Shown piece by piece: positions 13,521 to 28,714 of a stretch of DNA of 64,000 bases. The first letter of the stretch is position 1; each line of letters starts with the position of its first letter. The notes under the pieces were generated by a model, which was not told the DNA's origin, did not search any database, and was given only the letters and a program-made list of their open reading frames with translations. Source of the stretch: Octopus vulgaris (taxonomy: Eukaryota). The position numbers were made by a program, and so were the translations under genes. Where the stretch lies: assembly GCA_951406725.2 (NCBI GenBank), contig OX597814.1, positions 221,340,001 to 221,404,000 on the forward strand. The letters are read 5' to 3'.

Positions 13521-13968
13521 ATGGACAAAAATGCTTAGTGGAATTTTTTAGCATTACGTTCTTGGCACAAATTCCTCCAGTGTAGACATTGCCTTTCATC
13601 ATTTTGGGGCCAAAGAGAGAAGTACCGTTTGAGTACTGCATTATTATTTAGGCCCCGGCCTGGCGTGACCGAGGGGATATCAGAAAAATTGCTTTTCAGT
13701 ATTTGATCCAGTAATTTGCGTTTTGAACTCACGGTCAATCGGGGTTACCTTTGTCTGTCATCATTCTGGCTCGATAAAATAGAGTACCAGTCAAGAATTG
13801 CGGTCGATGATATCGACTAATCTTTCCCCTCGGATGTTCCTAGCTTTGTACCTCTATCAGAAACAATTATGTCTAATATTGTTGGCAGAATTTATAGCAG
13901 CCTTTGTCGTTGTAGTAGTAATGGTTGTATGTGTCATTGTTCTTATGTCAACATAACTGTTTCTATAT

Positions 13969-16632
<2,664 letters not shown>

Positions 16633-17040
16633 AATTTTTAGAGTCTGGTATTTTCATTGTCTTCTCTTCCCCTCCTCTGAGGATATCTAATCACACCTAC
16701 GCGCACGCGCATTAACAAACATATACATAGAACATCCATGTGTGTGTATAAGCATATAATATCGCTCATTCATTCATCCATTCATTCGTTCATTCGTTCA
16801 TATATACTCCATTCTTTCGTTCATTCTAGCATTCATTCATTTAATCACATTCTTATCCCTTTACGTATTCATTCTAAACGTCCCGCTTTCTGTTACTCAA
16901 CCTTCTCTTTCTCTATCCTTCTTTCTCTGTCTGTCTGTCTGTCTGTCTCTCTTCATATACGTAGATACATACATATATTCTTTTATATTTTTAAGCGTTT
17001 CAACTTAATGGCTGTGGCCATACTGTAGCACCTCCAGCAG

Positions 17041-17142
17041 AATATCTGGCATGCTTCACAAATTTGCGTGTCATCCTTGCGCAGGGGCAACGATGAACTC
17101 CGTATCGTTCCAAGCTTAGATTATGTACAACCAAAGCTAGTC
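17041..17142 (-). pseudogene. U6: Decayed U6 snRNA copy
   Basis: Minus strand: ...tacataatctaagcTTGGAACGATACggagttcatcgttGCCCCTGCGCAAGGATGACACGCAAATTtGTGAAGCatgccagatatt, matching the conserved U6 sequence; ACAGAGA box altered; no oligo-T terminator. Confidence 0.85.
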
Positions 17143-17406
17143 GACAATTTTCTTCCATAAAGCCTACAGATGTTTGATTCAAAAATGCTTGTTCGCAGAC
17201 AATTTGACTTACATCTGAAATGGTTGCCGGTTCAGTGTCCAATTGAGGTGTACCTGGGTATGTGTCATCAACCATATCCTCAAAGTCACCAAAGCCTAGT
17301 GTGTAGAAATGGCTGAAATAAACTATGCAGATGCCTATTGGATAATAGTGTATAGATGGGCGTGTCTCTGTCTGTGCCTGTAATGTATAATATATCTATG
17401 CATTCA

Positions 17407-19070
17407 TCTTAATATATAAAATCCGTTCAGTCTGTTTGTGCGCTTATAAATCGAGTATTGTTCATCCGATCGCGCTGAAATTTTAAACATGAATACATTG
17501 GAGAGCGGGGCGTTCTGTAATCTAAAAAGATTTTCAAAATCGTTAGTTTCACAGTGAGAATCGCTATTTTTGTAATCTTTATATCCTGTTTATTCCGCCA
17601 TTAAAACAACCAGTTGCTCAGACAGCCGGCACATACCAACTCGCTTGCAACAAGGGGAGTACAGGATAACAGTCAGCCCAAACTGTCTCTACACTGTCTC
17701 TCTTCTTTCCTCTTTCTATGGGATTAATAATCTTAATCTTTAGTTATAGTTTCTCATTCAAACTACATAATAGGCAGAATTGCCGGATTAAGACAGGATG
17801 GTGTTTTGATGGGGATTTGGCTGCTATTTCTAACAGGTCTTATGTCTGTATTGTTATGTGAGATATTGTCCTATATATTATATATTCCTAATACTTTCCA
17901 AAACCAAGTTAAAAATTTTGACATATGGGGTATCAAAAGATTCAGTACTATTTTGGCTACAAATTAAACTAAATTTCCATTCACATATTTGCATTTCAAA
18001 ACTTTAACATACTCTTTACCATAAATCAACTATCGTAAAAAATTTTCTGACGTCACATTTTCCATATCTGTGTGTACCTTAAAAGACATCAATCATCACG
18101 ACGTACACCTACACTCACTCTATCTCTTTCTCACATACACACGCGCAAGCACGCACGCACACACACACACACATACGCACGCACACATACTCACACATGC
18201 ACACACACACACATCCATTTCATATAGACACACATAATCTTTCAATTTCTTTCTTTGTTGTTTTCGCTTTCTCTTCTTTCAATTTCTGCTCTCTTCAAAT
18301 AAAATGTTTACGGATATAACTACTTATTAAAATAGGGATTAATGCATGATTTCTTTCTATGTTCATAATTTTTTGTTTACAGTATTGAGAAAATATGCCA
18401 CCAAAGAAAAGAGGTCATCTCTCCAGAAACAATTATAAAGCAAGGAGGAATGTAGAAAACCGAAGGCGCGAGTCTGAAGAGAGAAGCTAGATGAGATTTT
18501 CTCAAGATCAGCAAATGCATGTTGCAGCACTTAATATTGGATCATCAAATCAATGTTTTAATCATTAGACAGAGGTTCAATAGAATAGCTCTGAGAAACA
18601 GACTACGTACAAATTCGTTCTTCACACCTTCTGAAGTTGTTTTCAGATATGATCCATCCCATTCTTATAAAATTAATAACTCTGTCCAAATTGGTGAGCT
18701 AAACACAAATTGTGTTTTCTGTAAAGCTTTAAAATTTTCAAATGAAACAAATAGGATGTGCTGCTCAAGCGGCCAGGTAACATTCCCAGCACTACCAGCT
18801 CCTTCTCAACGTCTTATGGATCTTCTAGAAGCTATTTCCATCCAGTCAAAGGATTCTCCGAGCAATATCAGACAATACAACATTGCAAATGACATCGTTT
18901 GGTGCATCTAAGAAGATAGATAAACATGAATTTATGACGACGTCAAAGTTCAAGGGCAAACCCATCACCTCATTGGTTCCCTGTTACCCACAAAGGAACA
19001 ACCACAGTTTCTCCAAATTTACTTTATGAGTGATGTAGGACAACAAACCCGAATGAGGTGTCAACATTTC
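17407..19070 (+). mobile_element. 5' part of a Helitron with disrupted Rep N-terminal coding region (ATG at 18395)
   Basis: A|TCttaatatataaa 5' end; FRYDP...IGELNTNCVFCKALKFSNETNRMCCSSGQVTFP, IRQYN, MTSFGA, HHLIGSLLP, PQFLQIYF are Helitron Rep motifs; stops and frameshifts. Confidence 0.85.
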
Positions 19071-19619
19071 AGATGATGGGTCGTGTTAGACACAGCGCCG
19101 ACTGCTGCAAAAGAGAGTATATCCACTGACAGCTTCTTGGTGCGTTCAAAAATCACATAACCCCTACAGGTTGGGGTCTGAAATACTCCAAACGGACGCA
19201 TAGCATGCTGCTTAGTCAAATTAACCCACCATTTAATCCACAAATGTTTTGTTGTCAATGCTGTACTTTCCCATATCACCTTTTTCAACATTACTGTAAT
19301 ATATTATAAACAAACTATGCCATTTTAATTCTAAGCAACGCCAGGTACCTCTGCGAGTGTATATATGTGTGTATATATATATACATATATACATACATGC
19401 ATATATTACATACATACACACACACATGCACACACACTCACACACACACATACACACACACACACACACACACATATGTATGTATATATGTGTGTGTGTA
19501 AGTGAACTGCTGTACCGACTTCAGTTCCGTTTCGGTAATGTTGATATAGGGAATCCTGTACTCTTCCTGAGGAGCTGGTTGGTGTAGGACTTTAATGAGT
19601 TTGACTTTCCCCTTTGTTT

Positions 19620-20145
19620 TTCTATAATGTAATAATGAAAACATTATGGAGATATTGTGGCAGCTTGCACTGTTCCCATCATCATGGAGTTCAGCGTGTA
19701 TGACAGAACGCTTATGCTTCCATATCTCTGATGGTAAGCCATCGTATCCTGCTGCCTTTCTGCTTTTCAGCTAGCCTTTGACTACTGTGGTTTCTCACCT
19801 AGGGTCGGAGGCTCATATAATTCCACTCTGACTGGTTGCTACAGAATGTGAAGGATTCCATTTTCCAGGACAAATCGATTTGCACTGAAGTGGGCTGGAA
19901 AGTATTCAGACCAGCGGTTGAGGATGGATGCTGTGTCTGTGAGAAGTGTCTGGCTATCTGGGCTGCGCAGGGACTCCGGACTACATTTGCTGGGCCGTAG
20001 ACTACTTTGAGAGCTCCATAGAACCCCCTGCAGTCGCCAGAGTCAGCGTACATCTGAGTTCTCCGTGCGAGGTTGGTCCACCACTCATTGTGAATTTCAC
20101 GGAGTTTGCCGCTTTCTTCTCTTGGCAGGTCGGTTGTGCCAGGTG
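19620..20145 (-). mobile_element. RTE-type LINE fragment (region between endonuclease and RT)
   Basis: YADSGDCRGFYGALKVVYGP and KAAGYDGLPSEIWK motifs. Confidence 0.7.
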
Positions 20146-20224
20146 AGAGGGTCTAGAGGCAGTTATGCGGATAAACAAATTAGATACATAAAATATATTA
20201 GATATATTTCCTACAGCATGTACA

Positions 20225-20313
<89 letters not shown>

Positions 20314-20357
20314 GTCTGTCTATATATCTATCTATCTCTCTCTTTCTCACTCCCCCC

Positions 20358-20393
<36 letters not shown>

Positions 20394-20743
20394 CTTCTTC
20401 ATATATCTTCTGTTTCATACCCTAACTATTACATTTAATATATTTAAATTGTCTAATTTGTTTATCCTCATAATTGCCTCTATACACACACATACCACAC
20501 ACACACATACATCCACATATATATCTCTATATATGTGAGTGTGTGAGTGTATCTGTATGCATGCGTGCGTGCGTGCGCACGCGTGTGGGTGGCATTAGGT
20601 TTAGAAGCGATGCACGTTACTTGAATTTTCTATATAGTTGAATAGAAGCATTCCAAAACCTTGTTATAGTATCTGTGAGGATGAAGTAAGGAGTGGGTGG
20701 CTTGTAGTGACAAGAGGTCGTATATATGTATTAGAATGACGCT

Positions 20744-20854
20744 AAACCAAATAATGATATTTTGAATGAACTTAATGCGTACGTTTCAGATAATTTTCGC
20801 AATTATCTGAAACGTACGCATTACAGAGGCTTTCAAAATATCATTACTTGGTTT
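20744..20854. repeat. Inverted repeat with a perfect 23-bp core stem containing the 3' half of a hammerhead-like motif
   Basis: taatgcgtacgtttcagataatt-ttcgc-aattatctgaaacgtacgcatta (20773-20823), plus outer arms ttcaaaatatcattayttggttt. Confidence 0.8.
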
Positions 20855-22048
20855 GACTTCATAAATAAACATGTGTTTGTGTGTGTGTGTTTGTATGTAT
20901 GTGTGTATGTGCGTGTGTGAGTGTGGGAATATGCGTAGTGTGTGCATGTGTATGTGTGTATGTGTGTGTGTGTGCGTGCATGTCTGCATGTGTACGTTGT
21001 ATGCACACATGCATATGTAATGAGTTGTCCACAGAATTTCCATAATTATGAAAAACATTTACTAATTTTTAGGGGACAAAGTAGGTAAATTATTTATACA
21101 GCATTATATATTTAGCTTCATAACAGCCGGTGCATGTTACCAAAGGGTTTCATGATATAATTGAATTGTCGGTAAAGTAAATGAACAGTCTTCTGGGATA
21201 GCTGAACGGGTGCACCTAGTATAATCGTTAAAAAAAAAGCAAATTATTTTTACAGAATATCTGAATATATCTCACCCAGTTTACGAGTCTCTGCAATGGT
21301 TGAAAAAGAAAAACAAGATAAACTAAGAGAAAATCACAGCCAAAATATTTAAGAAAAAAACTGGCTCTATTAGAGTTATGGCTCTTAAACTGATCCGTTT
21401 TGAACATTTTCCTGCATGCTAGGGCTGAAGTGTCAACTGTAGACTAATTTTAGGTATATACGATTGTAAATTGAAAAATGTAGTATAAATAAAGGAGAGT
21501 ATGAAGAAAAAAGAAAAAAAATGATTTTAAGACATGCGTGGGCGTGTAAATGAATAGGCGTACGTAAGCACTGATCATGGTGGAAATAAATCAGGATTTA
21601 TGATGTGGAAACCTGTAATGTAACAAGAGCCAACACTTACTGCTAGAAATGAAACGACCAGCTGGCTAATATATATATTCATGGTCATGAGGACAACGGA
21701 AAATATTTTACGTTTATAGTTCAGGCATCTCCTTGAGGAGAGGAATTGAGGAAATTCTTCGATATAATACTTTTCTCCGCTGAACCATGTCTGCATCGTC
21801 TGCTGCTGTCCGGCTAAAGTATGCACATTTCCAATAGTTCCCAGTTGTTCTTATATAGTAAAAGGCTTTTTTGCAATGGTCATGTCTACCTGGCCTATAT
21901 TGTGAGGTAACATCTTCTAAATGAGAACTTGTGATTGTGGGTTTGGTTTTGAAAAGACCTTGTTTCACCCACATAGCTCATTCTTAGGGTATTTTTTCGA
22001 TGTTGTTGTTGTTGTTCTTCTTCTTATTATTATTATTACTATTATTAT

Positions 22049-22123
22049 TCAGGTCACTGCCTGGAATCGAACGCGGAATCTTGGGCTTAGTAGACTAGGC
22101 TCTTAACCACTACGCCATATGCC
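22049..22123 (-). mobile_element. Short tRNA-like SINE head with (TAA)n tail
   Basis: ggcatatggcgtagtggttaagagc...gttcgattcc followed by gaataataa repeats. Confidence 0.65.
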
Positions 22124-22267
22124 AGTCAGTTGTCTGTACTTCATTGGTGTAAAGTGATCCTTGTTCGTGATCAAGATCTGTGACAACTTCCTCTCTGTTT
22201 TCAAACTTGGGCCTTTCTTTACTGTGCTGTAGCTACCAAGGACCCTACTTTGAAAACAGAGACGAAC

Positions 22268-22487
22268 TTTTATTCTTTTATTTGTTTCAGTCATTTGACT
22301 GCGGCCATGCTGGAGCAACGCTTTTAGTCGAGCAAATTGACACCAGAACTTATTCTTTGTAAGCCTAGTACTTATTCTATCGGTCTCTTTTGCAGAACCG
22401 CTAAGTAACGGGGACGTAAACATACCAGCTTCGGTTATCAAGCGATGGTGGGGGACAAACACAGATATAGAAACGTACACACATGCT

Positions 22488-22518
<31 letters not shown>

Positions 22519-22524
22519 CATACA

Positions 22525-22574
<50 letters not shown>

Positions 22575-22714
22575 CGACGGGCTTCTTTCAGTTTCCGCCT
22601 ACCAAATCCGATGCTATAGTAGAAGACACTTACACAATATACCTCGCAATGAGACTGAATCCGGAACCATGTGGTTGGTAAGCAAGCTACTTACCACACA
22701 GTCACTCCTGCGCC
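22268..22714 (-). mobile_element. tRNA-derived SINE (family A)
   Basis: Reverse complement of the 9229-9645 family; internal (TA)n/(CATA)n. Confidence 0.85.
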
Positions 22715-23040
22715 TATATATATGCACAACATATGGCAGTTTAGTTAACAGTTGGTCTAAATGACTAGGTAGGTTGGGTAAATTCTGTAACGGAATACCA
22801 GGGCTCCGAACTCATAGCCGAGACGGAAATTATGGAACCATTGTAGATTTCCGATACAGCTGATATATAATCTATACCCCTCACATTTTCATTATTTATC
22901 TCCGATGATGGAATATCCCATACTTTGGGATACCTCGAAAACAACTGTGAGACTGATGCTTGTCTTGCCTTAACGCTTGTTGTCCTCTTTGGCAATTATA
23001 TATACAAGCAAATACGTATGTTTATACATATATGAATGTA

Positions 23041-23092
<52 letters not shown>

Positions 23093-23569
23093 CATTCATG
23101 TATGTATGTGTGTGTACGTGTGTGCTTATGTGTGTGTGTGTTGTTTACATGTGCGTCTTAAAGTTGACACCTGTTGAAAGGCGCTGCTCTGGATTTGTGT
23201 CTCATACCACAGCGTCCACTGGCGTCTGGATCTAGTGATTAATAAAATATATACCCGACTTGAAAATATGTTCAGCAGCAGCGGATATGGTTCTCAATAA
23301 ACGCCTCGTGACTGTGTGTCAGAATTACTGCTCTCTAATAACTCAATCAAGTCAAAGCGTATAAGAATGAAGACAATTTATTTGCATAAATTATGGACAT
23401 TGCGTCCAGTGAAAAATCAATTCTTCTTTGCAAACAAATGCAAGGGAATCAACGAAAGAACTTGTACCTGAATGATGTAGTCACAATAGCAGCAAATTGT
23501 CGCTAGAATTTGACACTTCCCATGTTAACGAACGACAGCGCTTCTGTGTAGTCGTCCGAGTTGGACGTA

Positions 23570-23970
23570 ATATATTTCTTTATTGCCCACAAGGGGAATA
23601 GAGGGGACAAACAAGGACAGACAAAGGGATTAAGTCGATTACATCGACTCCAGTGCGAAACTGGTACTTTTATTTATCGACTCCGAAAGTCGACCTCTGT
23701 GGAATTTGAACTCAGAACGTAACGACAGACGAAATACCTACTTCTTTACTACCCACAATGGGCTAAACATGGTGTGGACAAACAAGGACAGACAAACGGA
23801 TTAAGTTGATGAGATCGACCTCAATGCGTAACTGGTACTCAATTTATCGACCCCGAAAGGATGAAAGGTAAAGTCGACCTCGGCGGAATTTGAACTCAGA
23901 ACGTAACGGCAGACGAAATACCGCTAAGCATTTCGCCCGGCGTGCTAACGTTTCTGCCAGCTCGCCGCCA
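23570..23970 (-). mobile_element. SINE family C, with tandem partial duplication
   Basis: Head ggcggcgagctggcagaaacgttagcacgccgggcgaaatgc; body occurs twice (about 23575-23738 and 23742-23925). Confidence 0.85.
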
Positions 23971-24773
23971 TCGAGTTGGACGAAATAGTAGCTGTAGCTA
24001 GCGTGGATATGTTCCTAAGTGCACAGGGACTAAAAATAAGCCCGGATGGGTATAGGTGGAGCGCCTTCTATCATACGGTAGTCGATAAAGTGGTTGATAT
24101 GAGGCCAATAACAATGTCAATAACAGTAACAACGACGATGACGACGTCAATGATAATAACAATAATAACGAAGACTGCAATGGAATTCAATACATTGGAT
24201 ATCCAGTGGAAAACGTAAAGTAGTAGATAAGTTATATTTACATAAAATTTATATACAACTATAGAAGCAAACTGTGTATGTGATATTGATTTCTCACATA
24301 AACACAAGGCCTCGAATATGAAGGATAGTTACAGTCGATTATATCGACCCCAGTATCTGAATTATACCTATTGTATCGACTTCAGAAGGATGAAAGCAAT
24401 GATGACCTCAGCGAGAATTGCTTATTTCATAATAATGATATACACAACGACTTAACCTGTCACCCAGTTCAATACCGCCACCTTGACAATAGCAAATTTT
24501 AGCGGAGACCACTCTATTACTATCATAGAAGACAGGGTCGTCTCTGGTCTAAGAATGATCTCCACATTTCCATTCAGGAGTCAAAGAAACCTTCGTTTCC
24601 ATTCTGATTTATTTCCGTCCGTAAGAATGAAATAGTCGGAAGAACGTTCAACAAATATTTTTTGTATTAGGCTTATGTCCATTTATTGTTTTTTTTTCTT
24701 TTTTTGCTCAAACACCGCTCTTGTTCACATTCGGAGCCCAATGGACTGTGATTAGGAACACTGAACTCACCAG

Positions 24774-24779
<6 letters not shown>

Positions 24780-24865
<86 letters not shown>

Positions 24866-24923
24866 ATGTGTGTGCGTACGTGTATGTATGTATGTGTGTA
24901 TATGTGTATGTATGTGTGTAACC

Positions 24924-25019
<96 letters not shown>

Positions 25020-25778
25020 ATATATTTATATATATAAATATGTATAGATAGATAGATGGATATAGATATAGATATATACATTTATATATATATATATATA
25101 CGTCCTCGGTGCATGCGCTTGAGATAGCATTAAGACAAACTAAACCGTCACTATGTATCATACTTAACGTATACAACATCACCATTGAAAGACAGGATGT
25201 GAGAGAGGAAAATCTCTTAATTCACATGTCGTGTTAAGACCTGATAATAAAACGTGTTAAACTTTCAAATGCGTTGATTTCTGAGGCAGATTTCTTCATT
25301 TATTTGGCCTAGCAATGTTGCTTTGAACGTGGCAGCTTAAGAATGCACGCGCACACAGATACACATATGTATGCATGCATGCATGTATGTATGTATGTAT
25401 GTATGTATGTATGTATGTATGTATGTATGTATGTATGTATGTATGTATGTGTGTATCTGTGTATGCATGCATGTATGTATGTATGCATATATGTATGTAT
25501 GTATGCATGCATGTATGTATGTATGTATGTATGTATGCACGTATGCATGTATGCATGCATGTATGTATGTATGCACGTATGCATGTATTTATCTATGTAT
25601 GTATGCATGCATGTCAGTATGTATGTATTTATGTATATATAAATATAGTGTGTGTATGTTTGTGTGTGTGTATCGACGTATTTTTTTGGTGTCCTGTACT
25701 CATATATGCGTGTATATATACATGTAGAGGTAGGTACGTACATATATGTATATATATATGCATATGTTTTATTTATTA

Positions 25779-25843
<65 letters not shown>

Positions 25844-25900
25844 TTATATAAATGCATACATGCATAGATATATAAATGCATAACCGTATAGATACATAAG
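24780..25900. repeat. Compound (TA)n/(TATG)n microsatellite block
   Basis: Directly visible. Confidence 0.9.
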
Positions 25901-26332
25901 AATATGTGTGTACGAGGTTCTTTTAGTTTGCTATCTTTTAAGATTTCTTTCAGCTCAATAACAGTGACCATGCTTGAACACCGCCTCTTTAATTGCAAAT
26001 ACTTCTATAAAGTTTGACTCGTGGTGAATAACGGAATTTCATGCGCTAACATCAGTTCCGTTTCTGGCCGTAATATAGGTTAGTCTGGATTCGCAAACAG
26101 TAGGTTAGCAAAGCTTGTCTTAAATTCATCTGCATTCAGTCCTTGCAGATTACACAGTTCCTTCAGTATCTCATTTAAATAGCTGTTATTTAGTTTCTTT
26201 GGCAACTCATTAAAAGAGCCTTCAGAATACTAAACTGTTGCAGCATGCGATTCTACGCTGGTGATCAGACGAGGAAAGCTGGCCAGGATAGAAAGCATAT
26301 GGTGGCCACCACGTGAAATGATGAAGGCAATT

Positions 26333-27092
26333 CGGCATAACTACGATTTCTCCCCACCCCGAATGTGGATCATCATAACTTTCAGAAAAATGGATATTTT
26401 TTAATGGAATTTTCTACGAATATGTGTTATATCATGTAGATTTCGAATATACAATAGTTTTTGGGGAGAGGTTTTAAGCAGAGGATAGGATGTGGAATAT
26501 CGGAAAATTAACCGGAGTCCACTTCAATTCGTCTTAACTTTCAAGTAATTGGATATCTTTAATGAAATCTTCTACAAATATACCACGGACTTCGTAGATT
26601 CCAAAGACATAGGAATGTTTTGAGAAAGCAACTGGGGGTTATTTTTGAGAAATGTTCCCTGCTCGTTAGTGTTTCGGAATAAATTGTCCATATTTGTTTT
26701 ATTTTCTCCGTTTTGTGCGTTTGTGCATCCGTAGATTTCTATTGAAGCAACAACAGGTCTTGAAAGCAAATGAAACCATCATCAGAAAACTAAAATGCTA
26801 AAAACAGAAATGCTAAAAATAACAGCTAAAGGTCTGCTACACAGAAATATGCTATTAAGACGACTTATCTGTTGCATAGGCATTTCTTTCACTTTAAGTA
26901 AATTCCCAGGTAAACGTTTCTAATAGAGAGGCAAAAGACACCCGAAGCAAAAATAAGGAATATACACACACAGTTAAATATAGAAGTGTAAAGTATAATT
27001 TGTTACATAATCTCTATATTAAACATGATATTGAATGAAATAATTATCCGTTTGATTCTTTTTAATTACATATATATCTGTGTATGTGTTAA

Positions 27093-27124
<32 letters not shown>

Positions 27125-27522
27125 TGTGTAGAAATCTACGGATGCACAAACGCGCAAAACGGAGAAAATGAAACAAACATGGGTGATTTGTTCCGAAACA
27201 TTCCCGAATGGGGAACGGTTCTCAAAAATAACCCACAATTGTTTTCCCCAAAATTCCTATAATTGTCCGAGGTAAATTTGTAGAGGATTTTATTATAAAA
27301 AATCCATTTTCCTGTAAGTTAAAACGAATTGAATTGGACTTCCGTAAATTTTCTAAAATTTCTCGACCCACCTCCTCCTAAAACACTTTCTCCAAAACAT
27401 TTTGTATATACAAAATTTACATGATATAACACATATTCGTTGAAAATTTCATTAACAAAATATCCATTTTTCTGAAAGTTATGATCATCCAAATTCGGGG
27501 GACAGAAATCTGAGTTATGCCG
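26333..27522. mobile_element. Diverged inverted pair of about 400-bp repeats (26333-26741 and 27129-27522): foldback/MITE-like element or two opposed copies
   Basis: Outer cggcataact / agttatgccg; inner tgcatccgtagatttcta / tagaaatctacggatgca; shared internal blocks such as cataactttcagaaaaatggatat. Confidence 0.75.
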
Positions 27523-27569
27523 GCAATTCAACCTCAATTCAGCTATAAATACCTTGGAAGTCTCGAGGT

Positions 27570-28650
27570 AGATGGGATGAAACACCACGACATGAAGGAA
27601 AAGACAAACAGACAGTACCTGCGGCGAGTGTGAAAAATATTGGCTTCAAAGCTGAATGCTAGAAACACAATTTCGACAATAAACTCGCGGGCAGTCGCAG
27701 TAGTTCAGTATGACGCTAGAATCCTGATGTGGAAAGAAGAGGAGCTAAAGGAGAAGGACAGGAAGTCAAGAAAACTCCTAACGATGAATGGAGCCCATCA
27801 TCCATTTTCAGACACTGATTACCTATACATGATGAGAACAAATGGAGGAAGGGGACTGATAAGTGTGGAAGACTGCATGCGTATCGAACTCCAGAGCTTA
27901 ATGAGATGCCTTGCCAAAAGTTAGGAAAGCTTGCTAGTGACATTTAGGAACGAGGGAGTATTGAGAGCAGAGAAAAGATGGAAAAGAAAGGAAAAAATAC
28001 TAAAAGGACATGAAGAAGAATTACGCAACATAGGACTAAACAATCAATTCCAGTTAGCCACTACAGAGGTTGATGGAAAAAATAGGTGATATTGGCTGAT
28101 GAAAGGAATACTATACTGGCAGCGCATGACCAAGCTCTGGCCAGGAACTGGAAGGTCAACATTAAGAATGAGCAAGTGTCTACGCTGTGCCACATCTGCA
28201 ATAGAGTAGATGAAACCATTGACCATATCACGAACGAATGCCCAAGGCTTGCCCAAAACCACGACAAGTTGTGGCAACATGACCAACTAGCGAAAGTGTT
28301 TCATTGGAAACTGTACAAAGACTGGGGTCATGAGAGGGGCAAGACGTGATATGAGCACAAACTGCAGAAAGTGGCGTGGTCGGTGACTAGCAAAATCCTC
28401 CGGGATTTCCCAATCCAAACAGATCAGGTGCTAGGGCATAACAGACCGGGCCTAGTGATGGTGGACAAAGTGCACCACATATGCTATATAACTGATGTTG
28501 CATGTCCCTTTAACCCGTGAATAGTAAAGAAAAAGGCGAAAATATAGATTAGATACAACCCTCTTAAGTTCAAAATAGCCCGGCAATGGAAAATGAAGAA
28601 GGTGAAGATAGTGCCTATTATTGTTGTATGCATAGCATATAACGGTTAAA
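27570..28650 (+). mobile_element. R4/Dong-clade non-LTR retrotransposon fragment (RT thumb, CCHC, restriction-like endonuclease)
   Basis: KLNARNTISTINSRAVAV, GGRGLISVED, CHICNRVDETIDHITNECP, DFPIQTD....HNRP; stops. Confidence 0.85.
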
Positions 28651-28714
28651 AAAGTGGCGGGGAGGATGATAGAGATGTGGCCCTCCTGATACAGGAAGGC
28701 TTTTAGAGATATTC

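Noticed and set aside
22765-22995. 76-aa non-repetitive ORF on the minus strand
   Set aside because: No motif or convincing splice context; the length is compatible with chance
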